The position numbers and the translations under genes are program-made. Below, one piece after another: positions 1-12,000 of a stretch of DNA of 64,000 bases (its first letter is position 1; each line of letters opens with the position of its first letter). A model generated the notes under the pieces. That model searched no databases, was not told where the DNA came from, and worked only from the letters and a program-made list of their open reading frames with translations. Source of the DNA: Caecitellus pseudoparvulus (taxonomy: Eukaryota; Protista; Bigyra: Bicosoecida). The stretch spans positions 496,001-560,000 of the forward strand of contig CBFFRQ010000069.1 in NCBI GenBank assembly GCA_965644315.1. Reading direction: 5' to 3'.

Positions 1-3000
1 TGCGGCTTCCTGGGACCCATCTGCCTCTTCATCATCTAAGCCTTGCCCTCCGTCCGGAAGGAAGCGGTTCAGTGCTGTGCAGGGAGCAATGGGTGCGGGG
101 ATGCGCGGGTACCCCCGCTGAGCAATGTCAGCAAGTGCCAGGGGCGGGGCGGGGGGCGGCCCACTGTCCATGTACAGTGCGGTGTGCATGTCTGTGCTGA
201 AATGCCAGTGCACGGCGCCCCCATCTGGCAGCGTGTGGGAGGGAAAGAGCCCTTTGCTCACCCCACCGCCAGTGCTCTTCCATGCAAACAGCCGCCCCAT
301 GCGCTTTGAGCTCTCCCCAGGCAGAGCTTTGCTGTCCTCATCTTCTGTGGAAGTGCCCTCCATCACCACCGCATCAAGACCTGGGTGCCCAGTCAGCCCA
401 GGCTGCACCTTGCCAAACGTGAAGGCTTGGCTGAAGCCGGGCCTGGCCAAGGACACGGTGACTTGGTGTTCTTGGTGCCATGCAGCGGGTGCCGCGAGCT
501 CTGCATCTGTTCCGGCCTTGCCCGGCGTCGGGCTTGTCTGATATTTGCGGGTCACGCGCGACGAGCCTTGGGTAAGCCGCATGAGGGCGTCTGTGTCCGC
601 TTTGGCCAAGGCGCTGCGCTTGGCATGCAGCGCAGCATTTTCCACTGTCCCAGCAGTCGCTCCAAGTGCGGCAGCGCGAGGGGACGTGCTGAAGCGGTTT
701 TCACGCATGCCCCCCGGCACTGTTCCCGCCAGCAAGGTGGACGCCCCCTCGGTGCGCAGGCGGAGCACGTGTGCGAGCATGTCGCTGTGCACCCGCTGGC
801 TCGCAGCAGTCCTTGCCCCTTGCTCGGTTGCCTCATCAAAGAAGGTCACCTCTTCGTTATCGTACACTGTGGCCAGCAAGACGCGACCAGGTCTTTGTGG
901 ACTGCCTGCACCACCCCCTGCGGACCTACGGGTTGAGCTGCTGGCATCACCAGGGGGCAGCGTCGGGCCCGTGATTGGGTTGGACACCAGCGCTTGAGCG
1001 GAAGGCGCTTGTGCAGCGTCCGCATCCACCGTCACTCGAACGTACTCAAAGCCCCCACGGGAATCTCGGCGTGGCGGCTGCCGTGTACCTTGCTGCTGCG
1101 CATCGCGCTCCACAGCTGCCATGACGAAGGTTTTCGTCGTGGCCGAGGCCAACTCGCGGCCCAGCTGGTCCCGAACAACGGCACCCGTGATCATGGGCGA
1201 CCAGCGTTCCCTGGAAGTGTACGCGTAGTTGAACTCGCGCTCTGAAGCCAGGGCTGACTGGGGTTCTGACGCGCCTTCGTCTGCTCGCCCTGGGCGATGT
1301 GGCCCTGCAGAGGATGGTCGGCGGCGCTGGGCTGACTGCGGTCGCCGGCGTCGTGCTGAGTGGCCAGGGGAAGCCCGGAGCGGCGACGACGCTCCAGGGG
1401 GTGCGGGTCGCCGTTGAGATTGTGGACCTGGGTGCTGTGTCCCGTCGCAGTCTGCCGAGAAGTAGGCGAGGGCGGAGGACATCTCAGGCACAGTCTGCCC
1501 CAGGCCCAGGCCCAGGCCAGGCTTCATGCGCATGTACTTCTGCAGCGCAGCCTCCTCGGGGTCGTCCACCAGGGAGCCTGTGTGGTGCTCGGGTCCACCT
1601 CCCACCTCACGCTCCACGTCATTGGCGGCCTCGTCCGCTTCGAGTTGGACGGCATAGGATGTCCCACGTGCGGGCGCCTTCTTGGTGGTCGCCCTGGACA
1701 GCAACCCCCACAGCCTCTTCACGCCTGCGGCAGCACTTGGTGGGGCGGAGCGACTCCGTGGCGTGCTCACAGATGGGACAGGGTTGGACCCATACGTGAT
1801 GTGCGGCGGTTCAGGACCCTGGCGCTGGCGCTTCTCCGTTCCTTGCCTGTGTGCGGCGGAAATCAGAGCCGCCACCTCTTCTTCGCTGTCCACGCTTGCG
1901 TCGTCCGCCGCCAGCATGCTCGGGAGAGACACAATGATCCCAGAACGCGGAGGCGCATGGACATCTGCCTTGCGTGGCTTGCTGGAGGGGGGCCGCCCGT
2001 GCGAGCCGGGGCGGGCACTGCGCAGCAGGTCAGCCCGAATCGCCTTAGGCGAGGGAGCCACGAAAACAGAATCTGGACCCGTCCGCGTCGTCGCTGCTGC
2101 CAAATCGCTGGCTTCGCGCCCGAGACTGAGTGCAGATGCGAGGTGTGCAGAGGACTCGCTGCCAAGGCTGTGCAACTGGTGTGGCAGCACGATGCGTTGC
2201 ATGCTCATGTTCCCCAGCGCGCCTCCCCAGCCTGGGCGTGTGGGGCGGGGCATTTGCAGCACGTACTCTCTCACGGAAATATTCCCAGAGCTTTCACGCC
2301 AACCACCCGCTGTTGCTGGGCGGGGATGTGGTGCGGAAGCGCCAGTGTGGCGCTTCGACGCTCGCACAGTTCGCATCATGAGCGTGTCAAAACCGCGGCC
2401 TCCTGCATCTCCTGGCGGGGCAGAAGCGGGCCTTGCTGGTGGCGGTGCACTGGAGTCCCTCTGGACAAAGGCAACTGAGTCGTTCTCCACAATGGCCTTG
2501 CGGTTCACCATCATCTTGCGGAGGCGCGCCGAAAGGGATGGGCCACTCTCAACGTCGTACGTCGCTGCCAAGCCTCGCATGCTGGCCAGCCGCGAAGCGA
2601 TTCCTTCAGATCGGCGCTTGGGGGAGGGCCGGCGCCCGTGGCCCGTCTCGGATTTACCTGACTGGGGTCGCTGCGATTGCCGCCCCCTTGTCGCGTAGTC
2701 CGCAGCAGCAGCTTGAGCTCGAGCAGAGCCATGCGTGGCAGGTGCGGGGACAGTCGCACTCGGATGGACTTCCGCACTGGCTTGATCGGCGATGGGGAGT
2801 GACCGCTGTTGGACAGGCTTCACGCCCGCCTTCTCTTCAACGACTTCACTCCACTCGTCGCCTTGAGCGGCAGCGGGTGGCGTGAAAGCTCCAATGGCCG
2901 CGCAACACAAGTCTCGCAGCGCAGTGTACGCAGCTGTGGTATTTCGGGGTGGCTGTGGCGGCAGCACACTCTGCTGGACCGCGTGGGCTACTGCACGCGG

Positions 3001-6000
3001 CTTGGTCAAGGTTGGATACGCCAGCGCCGTGAGCACCTCCTCGTCTGCCACCGCCATGCCAGAATCGCCCTGCTGCTCAATCTGCCGCAGCAAGGCCGGG
3101 TCCCCTGCCGCAGTCGGGCCGCAAAACAGCAGACCAGCAGCTGCCGGTGTGAGCCTTTGTGCAGCCTGCTCGTGGGTGAAGGCTGCCCCATAGCACTTCC
3201 ACTTCGCAGCCAGCTGCGTCGTTGGCTCGGATGGCGGGGACGGTGCCCCTTCCACGCTGCCCAAGCTTCGCGCCCCGTCCGAGTCGCTGGCACTGGCCCA
3301 GCCATCCTCCTCCACGCCTGTTTCCAGCGCCTGGGCTGCCAGTGCTTGCCTGTGGGCCCGAGTGCGGTGCTGCATCTCGGCTCTGTACAGGAACGTGCGA
3401 TTGGCACTTGCTTTGCTCAAGTTCACCAGCGCTTTCGAAGCCAGTGATTGCAACGCTGGGTGAACGTAGGTGTCGCGTGGCGGTTCAGCCATCTCCATCA
3501 GCATGCGCACATTCCCCTGCCCGATCAGCGCCTGTGCGTCAGTGTTGACGGAAATATTCACCAGCGTGGCCATAAGCTGTAAGACGGTCTTTTCGTCTTG
3601 CCCCGACCCCGCACGCTGCGCAGCCTCAACCGGAAGGGGCACTTCATCTGCACGCCCCCCCCACTTGGCTTTGTGGGCCTGCACTTCAGCCTTCAGTCGG
3701 CGTTGGAAGGCTGCCTCCTTGTCCCTCCACATTTGCAGGACCCCCATGACTTTCGGCACGCCGCCCCCCGCAACGAACCCAACACGGTACGAGGGGCGCA
3801 TGCTGAGCACTGCCAGCATGGACGTGATGTGGCGCTGGCAGTGGACTTCGGTGTCCCAGGCTGCCCGGCGCAGTCGGTTGCGCACCGAGTGCAGCAGCTT
3901 GCTGGGCGGCGCAAATGTGCTGCCTGCTGCAGCCTCGCTGCCCCCCCCGGCAAGACTTGGCTGCACCTCCCTTCCGCACAAGCCTGGTGCCGAAGTCCAC
4001 AGCAAGTACCGCAACTCTGCGTCAACGAAACGAGGGAAGCGATCCAATGGCACGTCTGGGGCGCGAGCTGCCTGGCTTTCAACGCCCATTGCGGCATGGG
4101 AGCGGAACCCGACGCCATCGGTCGCTTGCGGAACGATCGGGTCTCTGGGTTCAGAACCTAGCGGCAAGCCAGGGGAGTGCTCGCTGGCGGTTGCGTCCAT
4201 GGCATCGTCCCACGGGACAGGGTCCGGGCTCTGTCCAGGGAAGTCAAGGTACTCCAGCAGAAGGCTTTCCATGAGGTGGGTGTTGTCAGGGTCTGCCGCA
4301 CTGAGCTCGGCCCCGAAGCCTTTGCCGTACATCTGCCTGAGGGAAAACAGGGCCCTCAGCGCATACGTTTGCAAGAACCGTGGTGCCAGGGCAGTGGACT
4401 TGGCAATGGCCAGCAGGCCTGAGGGGATGCCGGCAGAGCACAGGAGGCCCGGCAAGCTGTGGGCATCGTAGCCGAAGACAGAACCCTTGGCTGAGGCGCC
4501 ACTGGGCCGCTTGCGGCTGGTCGGCGGCTGCGACTCCCCTCTCGGTCCACCTGCCTCCCTTCGCTTCGGCCGAGAGGGGAACCAGCGTCCCTCAAGCTCC
4601 TTCTGCGGTGGCGCATCAGAGCCAAGCAAGTTCAAGCCTAAGCGAGACAGGCCAGTAGACGGCGGCACGAAAGACCGCCGAGCGCAAGTCGCTGCATCGC
4701 AGACAGCATCAGGGGCAAAGTCACTGGCTCGCTGAGAGAACTGGTTTGTTCGCCATGCACTGCCAAGCACCCATACTACGGACACTGCCAAGTGCTGCAC
4801 CTGCACCATGGCAGCTGGGAGGGATGCAGGCACCGCTGTGATGCCGATGCCGAGCACACCTGTCAAGCGATGCTGCATGAGCTGTGCGGCAACGGTGGTT
4901 GCTGCCTTGAGCACTGGGTTACTGCGCTCTTCTGCAGTTTGCTCTGCGTCGTCAGTGGCCGAGCCTTGTGATTCTGCTGTGGAGCTCGCAGATTGTGTCC
5001 CGTACAAGTACTTGCGACGTTGCCTGCGCTTCGCGGCAGCTCGTTTCGTGGCTGCCCGCTGCTCCGCTGTCACTTCGTCCGCCGCTCCCTCCACGGTTTC
5101 GGCAGCAGCCGAAGCTTCAGCTTCGGCAGTGCTTTGGATTCCATCCGCTTGGGCAGGCATTATCGGGCTCAGGCACGCACGCAGAATGCGAGGGCCACCA
5201 CAGGCAGTCAGAACCCTGCGGGAGCCAGAGTCGTAGCAAAGGCCCCACAGGGCAGACAGGATCCACCGCTGAAGCTGCAGCAAGTGAACCGTGCCTGTCA
5301 AGAGAGGGTGCTGCTCTTGACCACTTAAGTCGGCCGAGAGGCCTGCAGGACGAGGGGGTGCCGACTTGCCTGTGTCGTACGCGCCGCTCAACCCGCTGGC
5401 AGCCCCCAGCGGGTCATTTGCGGTCCGCTCAGATGACGCCTGCCCCCCGCGAAGAGAGTAACCACTTTGCACGCCAAACTGCAGGAGTGCACGCACACCC
5501 GGCCACGCTGCCACACAAGGCAAGTGCACCGCAGCAACTCCACCTGGGCCCCACGCTGCCGGCGGCGGAAGGGACTCCGGGGCAGGGGTATGTTGCCCTT
5601 CGCCAGCGCACGCAACGAACGTTGCATCTATGCGACCATTCTCTGCTATCCACACTTGCAGGTGGTGTGTGGAGTCCACCGGCCACCAGCGAAGAACTGT
5701 GGCAAGAGCGTCCTCGTACGGCATCCAACCAGCTCCGTCGCTGTGGCCAGCCACATGTGGAATGCACCGTAGCAGGTGCATGGCCACTGCACGGCTCATG
5801 GCCAGCCATGCAAGCAGCTCCCGCACTACCCCTGCGTTTCCCAGGTAGCGGCGGCAGTCGGCATCCGTGGCCAAGCGCCACAAGGCACACGTTCCATACT
5901 GCAGCGTTGCAACGTCTGGGACACGGAGAAGCAGCCGGAGAGTGGCCAGATCAGCGCCAGAGAGTTTAGGCGGGGGGAAGGTTCCAGCTGCAGGGATGAA

Positions 6001-9000
6001 GGGAGGAATGAGCTTTGGCGCCGAAGGCATGCCGTCTGCACCTTGCACCCGTGGCATGTGGGCTAGCGGGCCGTGCACCATGGACGCCATATGCATCCAG
6101 GCAGCTGCAGACTGGCGCAGGGTAGGCACAAGAGCAGTTGGATCCAGGTCTGGCAGTTGGTTGTACCACGCTGCGGCTTCATCGTCCACCTGCGACGGAG
6201 ATGCCTTCCGTGTCAGAGCACCCCACAGCACGCTGCAGCGACGGGAGACTGTGGACAGGGCAGACACAGCACCCCCCGCCGCCAGAACACAAGTGAGTCT
6301 GCCATGCTTCACGGAAGCTGGCATCCCATCCAGCCGTGCGGTGCAGGCCATGCGCCAAGGGTCTCCCTCACTGACAGCACCGCTGACGGGGAAGCCGGCA
6401 CCTCGTGCAGCAGAGGCTTCATCTTGCTGAGACTGCACCATCTTCGCGGCAACGACTGGATCGTGAAAGAATGGCAGCCCTTGCATCCACTCTGGCGCTG
6501 AACCGAGGTCCTCCGTGCACATGTCCAGGGCAGAAGCTGCGGAGGCCAGCGCACACAGCGCAGATGCAGCGACTTCACTGGTGCGTGAGCCAGGAGGACA
6601 GCTGCTGCGGCTGCGCATCGCACGGAACAGGGCAGGAAGCAGCCCAGCAAAGCCCCGGGAATGCTGCATCCACGCCAGCTTCTGCACGTCAGACCCTGGG
6701 CTCTCTCCGGTGGGCGGCGGCTGGGCTTGGCTCCCTGCTGGTTGCCGAACCCACCACGAAGCAGTGTGGAGCAGAATAGCGAGAGGGGGCGGGCAGGACT
6801 GATTCGCATCTTCAGTGGCTGTGGCTGCTTGAGGCTCGCCGCCGCCATGCTCTGCGGTCGCGGTTGGCGGGCAAGCGTACTGCGGCTGCAAGCCCAGCGC
6901 CGCAGTGTTGGCGACGATGCCAAACGCAGCTCGCCACATGGCCGAGACAAAGTCAAAGTCAAGCGTGGAAGAAGGCTCAGCCAAGCCTGCTGCAAAGCTA
7001 GACAGGCTTGGCCCCCCGCCGCGTCGCCGAGGTGCCCTGCCGCCCGTGCTGGACGGCAGAGAGTGCAAGCTGGCAGAGAGGGACTGGCTAGTGAGCCCTG
7101 TTACCGAAGTCATGGAGCGCAGCGTGTTGCTGGGGGCGAAAGGAAAGTGCCTGGCACTGGAAACCTCGGCGAGGGACGCAGTCTGCAGCGAGGGCGAGGG
7201 GCCGAGGCGCCGCACAGGGCCATGGTTTTGCGAGGTGCGAACCGCTGTCATGACTAGAGTGCGTGCAATGGCAAGAGCCTGCCACACCCCTGACGCACTG
7301 TGCACCATGCCAGGGAGCGACCAAATGCGTGCGAGTGTTGGGCCTGCTGAGATGGCGACGAGCTGCGTAAAATCGCGAGGGACCAAGTCTGCCCGAGGCT
7401 GCTCCTCCCCCCAGCTGGCTGCACAACGGGCAACAAAGTGTTGCCAAGGAGAACTGTGCGCTTGCAGCCAGCCAAGATCTCGCCCCAGGGATGCTGGCTT
7501 AGGGCACGCATTCACCTGGCGGCCCATGAATGCTGCCTGCACACACCGCTGCGCAACTGCCTGCGCTTCCTTCTGCACGCCCCTCCAACGCGCTCGTTTC
7601 ATCATGCGGTGCTTCTGCAACAGCTGAACTTGGGTGGAGGCGGACCGACCAACGGCATCCTCTGCGTCTGTGCTCATCTCTTGGACCATGGCTGCGAACT
7701 CCTCTTCGCCTGCGTCCAACACAACGCCAGGTGCCGCCGATTGTCGTGCCAGTACAACGCCGCCTTTCGCTCTTCCACGTGCAGAGGCTGCTTGCTTCCT
7801 GCGAGCCGCCATGTCAACGTGGTACGACCGAGTTGGAGGGCTGGGGCTCTGCAGGTCAAGCCAATGTGCGTCGCGTGGCGCCTGGCCCCTCGCCTTGGCC
7901 GCAGCGGCGAGGCGAGACATGGGCGTGTCTTCATGCTCGTCATCGCGAGCATGAGCCGCTGATTTGCTGTTCACAGCGGCTACACGGATGTCTGGCACAG
8001 TTGCGTCTTCACCATCAGAACCGTGGCTGGTGTGAGCTGCGGTGTGCGCTGAGTACAGTCCCCATGGAGTTTGCACCCCTGCCACTGGTTCGGACGGGGC
8101 GGGATACCCAGGGTCCACAACGCCAACTGCGCTGTCTACTCCACCCTCCGAAAGCTCTCGCTGCTCGCTTGACACGTGAGATGTTGCAGTCGTCCAGTGG
8201 TCAATGGCGCTCTGTGCAGTGGCAGACTCCGCCGCTCGCACTTTCTTCAGCAACTTGACGTGGGAAGGCATGGGAAAGAACGGGACGACCAGCGGCAAGC
8301 AGAGCTGTGGAAATGGCGGAGGCCATGTGCTGACGCTGCAATGGCTGATGCTGACAGAGTTGGAGTACGCCGGGTTCAGCGACGCAGATCCAATTTGCGT
8401 CGGCTCAGAATGCGAAGGCTGCTGCCTGATATTGCCCTGCCGTGGCACATCCACGCCCTGGCACAGAGCATCGGCCCCGCACTTGATGCTTACAGCATCA
8501 ACAAGCTGTCGGTGTTGCGCGGCTTGAGCAGCTGCAGGCGGGAACTGGGTCGGAAGCGGCTGCAGAGCTGTCCCGAGAGGCGTGTCGAGACTGTTCCAGT
8601 CCACAACAGCGGCGCAGTCTGGGTTTCCAGTGGCAGGGTGCAGTGCAAACGCAGTGGGCTGGCACATTGTTCCATGAGCGCCTGCTCCCACCTGAGCTGG
8701 GGTGCCGCCTGCGTGAAGCGCCCACGCAAGCGTCGCAGCGGGCGCAGCCATGGCCGTGTCCACTGCGAGGGCCAAGCGTGAGGGGCTCCACCACTCATAC
8801 CACTTGCGTTGGACCATGACTGGCTCGTAGGAGTCACTGATGGCTGCTGCGATCCCAGACTCGGCCGTGGGATTGCGCAGGCGCACCTCCTTGCTCCCCA
8901 CAGCCTGCCCCGCCACGCCGCGCTTGTCACGAACGCTGGACGCCAGTGCCCGCGGTTCCAGACGTCGCCACCGCCAATGCCACGGAGAGCGCTGCTGCAG

Positions 9001-12000
9001 AGCCAGCTGCGAGACGTCTCTACCCTCCAGTGCAGTTGTGAGAACAGTCTGCGCTGGCAGCACACTGGCTTCTGTCAGTGCTCGAGCAGAGGCGCTGGCC
9101 TCCGCAGCGCCAGCCCAAGCGGCCGCCCCTGCCCCTGCAAGTGTTCGCAGCATCAACAGCGCAGTGGGCTCCGGCACCACACTAGCAGGTGCGAGCGAAC
9201 TCACTTTCACGCTGGCACCTGCATGCGTCCCGTGAGGAGTAGGTGGGAGCTGCGTGACGCTGGCATGCCCCACGAATCCTGGCTCCAGCGCCTCTTCGAT
9301 CTGATCAAGGCCCCCCATCACGCTGCCTCCCCAGCTGGCCAAGGCAGCGGCATCGTGACCCCAGGAACAGCTGAAGCAAGACGCCGATGGGAGATGGCCA
9401 CGCCCTCCCACGTGCACTGCGTGTTTCCCCCCCGAGTCTGACACTTGCTTCGTGGCTGCCTTGACTGCCTGCTTGCAATGGTCCCTCAGGCTCCACAGCA
9501 GCACTGCGTCGCCACAGCCCTGAGCGCCAGCAGACTGCAGATACCCCGTGACAGCTTCAAGTGCAGACTGGGGCAGTTCGCCGGCATGCACACGGCTGGA
9601 GCTGACAACGTCACGCGCAGCACCCTGCAGGGCGTACATGCTGGCATGGGCGCTGTCCAGCAGCTGCGCAGGGCCCAGTCGCTGTCGGGATGAGAACAGT
9701 GGTGCCTGCAGGATCCAAGGCTGCCTCGTGTGATCAGTGCCAGCACTTGACGCAGGCAGCTGGCTTTTGCTAACGAGGTCAAGTGGCAGCGCCGCGGCAG
9801 TGCCAGGCGTGGAGGGGACCCACAGCCACGGAAACGGCAGGTGGGCGTCTGATCCGGCACTGGACTTGATGGCTGCTGTTGTGGCTGCTTGAGGGATGCT
9901 TGGCGCCTTTGACAGCAGCGAGTGGCTGCCCAGAGGAATGGCAGGCCGTCTGTCAGCACTGGGCATCAATTGGGGCCAGCAGTCAGCCCCGACCTGGGCA
10001 TTGAGCCCCCCCACAGCATACACACCGGCATGTCCTGTCGCTGCAGCTTGCAAGACTGACTGGTGGTACGCTGACCCTGGCCAGCGCACGTCAGTAACAA
10101 CGAGGGGGCTGTGTGTGCCGCGGCTCGCGGGGCGTGGCCGCAAGGCAGGGGAGCGCGTCAGCAACAAAGGGGAGTACGACTCCACTTGCTCTTGCCTGCG
10201 CAGCGCCTTCACCAGCGCCGCTTCCTCGTTCAATCGGCTGGCAAACGCCATGGCCTCCGACCATCCAGCAGGTAGCACCGCCGTCGTGCTGCGGAGCAGG
10301 GCTGCAGTTCGAAGAGGGATGTGCAAGGAGTCGATGGGGGGAGTGATGTGCCCCGCGACTGAGCGGAGCATGCTCGTTTCCGCGGCGGCTGTTGCCAAGG
10401 CCTTCCCCACGCCCCGAGGCCCACCCCGACTGCTCTTCCCTTTTCCAGTTGCTACAGCTTCGGCTGCCCTGGAGAGACTCAGGGACAGGGACGGAGTGTG
10501 ATCCAGGGGATGGCGGTTGCGAGCTGGCAAATGGACTCGCACAGAGGGCGGCGGGGAGTACACCAGGCCTTGAGGCATGCTCTTCAAGGAGGAGGCAGGT
10601 GCAGCCTCTGCTCCTGGCACGCCCCCGGCGCTGCGCCGAGTGGGGCACGCCCCGACGATTGGCGAGCAGGCTCTCAACTCACCTTCTGCACCGGCAGTGG
10701 CAGGGACAACGACGCGCTGTTGCAAGACTGCCCTGTGGTCCACCGCGGCCACGCCAGTGTCTCGGTGAAACGGGGCGCTGCGAACTCGTGCTCCAGGTCG
10801 CAGCGGAGGGTGGTGCACCAGCACTGCATCTCGGCCCCACTGCAGCCCTCTCCGCATTGCCGTTGCCACGTCACCGCACGCTGCCGGGTGGGAAGGGGGG
10901 ATGACCACAGCAGCAGGTGGGACGCCACGCCCATGCACTGATGAGAACACACCTTGCAGCACCATCACTGCTGCACGCTCCTCTGCACTGCCCGCCCACG
11001 CGAGCAGCTGCATGGCCAGCCCGCCTCCCCACAGCTCGTGGCTCGTGCCTTGGCGGAACTGCAGGGCAGTGGCTGCAAAGTAGCGACCGTGTCGCGCTGC
11101 GGCGTTTGAGAGCGCTGAGAGCGACAGGTGCCGGGCGCAGAGGCTGCAGGTCACAGCGTGAAGGGAATGCCCTTGAGGCAAGTGTGTCGAGCCGAGCTGC
11201 AGCTCTGCTGGAGTCGCCTCTCCATGGTGGCTGTGGATGAGGGGTGGGGCAAGGGCGGTGCCTTTCGTGCTGCCGAGACTGGACCTGTGAGTGGGCGACA
11301 GTGGAAGGCGTGAGAAGACCGCTGTTGCCCCCGGGGTGGGGGGCCGCGCGGCATGCGAGTCCTCTCGACCCGCCAGGCTGCTGGGCACCTCGGCTGCATA
11401 CACAAAGGCGTCCAGCGTGTCCAAGTTTACACAGGCTGGGACGTCGGTGCCGGGAGACTCGGCAGGCGATCCGAGAGTCGCCGTGGCATCTGAAACCACT
11501 CCCTGCAGCGCCCGCAGCGCCCGCACGCTGGCACCCTGTTGAGCCATGACAGTTGCCCTGGCCTGTCGAAGAAAGCTCTGCACGGCCGCTTCGCCCCCTT
11601 TGGCTGCGTGGCGGGCGCCTGAAGCAGCGCTGCCCGTGTCCACCACGCCGCCGTCCTCGTCGAAGGCCGGCACTTGTACAGAGCCCCCGCTGCCCAAAAC
11701 ATGCCTCATGCCTGCCGCAGACGCATGGTGGCTCATTATGGAAATGGCCAGTCCTTGCCCGTAGGCAGACTCTGCCATCAGCCTGCAGCCCAGCCCAGTG
11801 CCCATCATGGCTGCTTGCTCAGCCTGGGCAGTGCGCAGGTCCACTGTCACGCTGCCCGCGCGCACTTCGGGGGGTAGAACAGGCAAAGGGCGCGGACGCT
11901 GCAGTCCGCTGCCCTCTGAATCTGCAGCGAGGCTCGAAAGCACCATGCCCAGGGCTTCGTCCAGGTCGTTGGCATCAGCCACCGACAGGGTGCGGGGCGG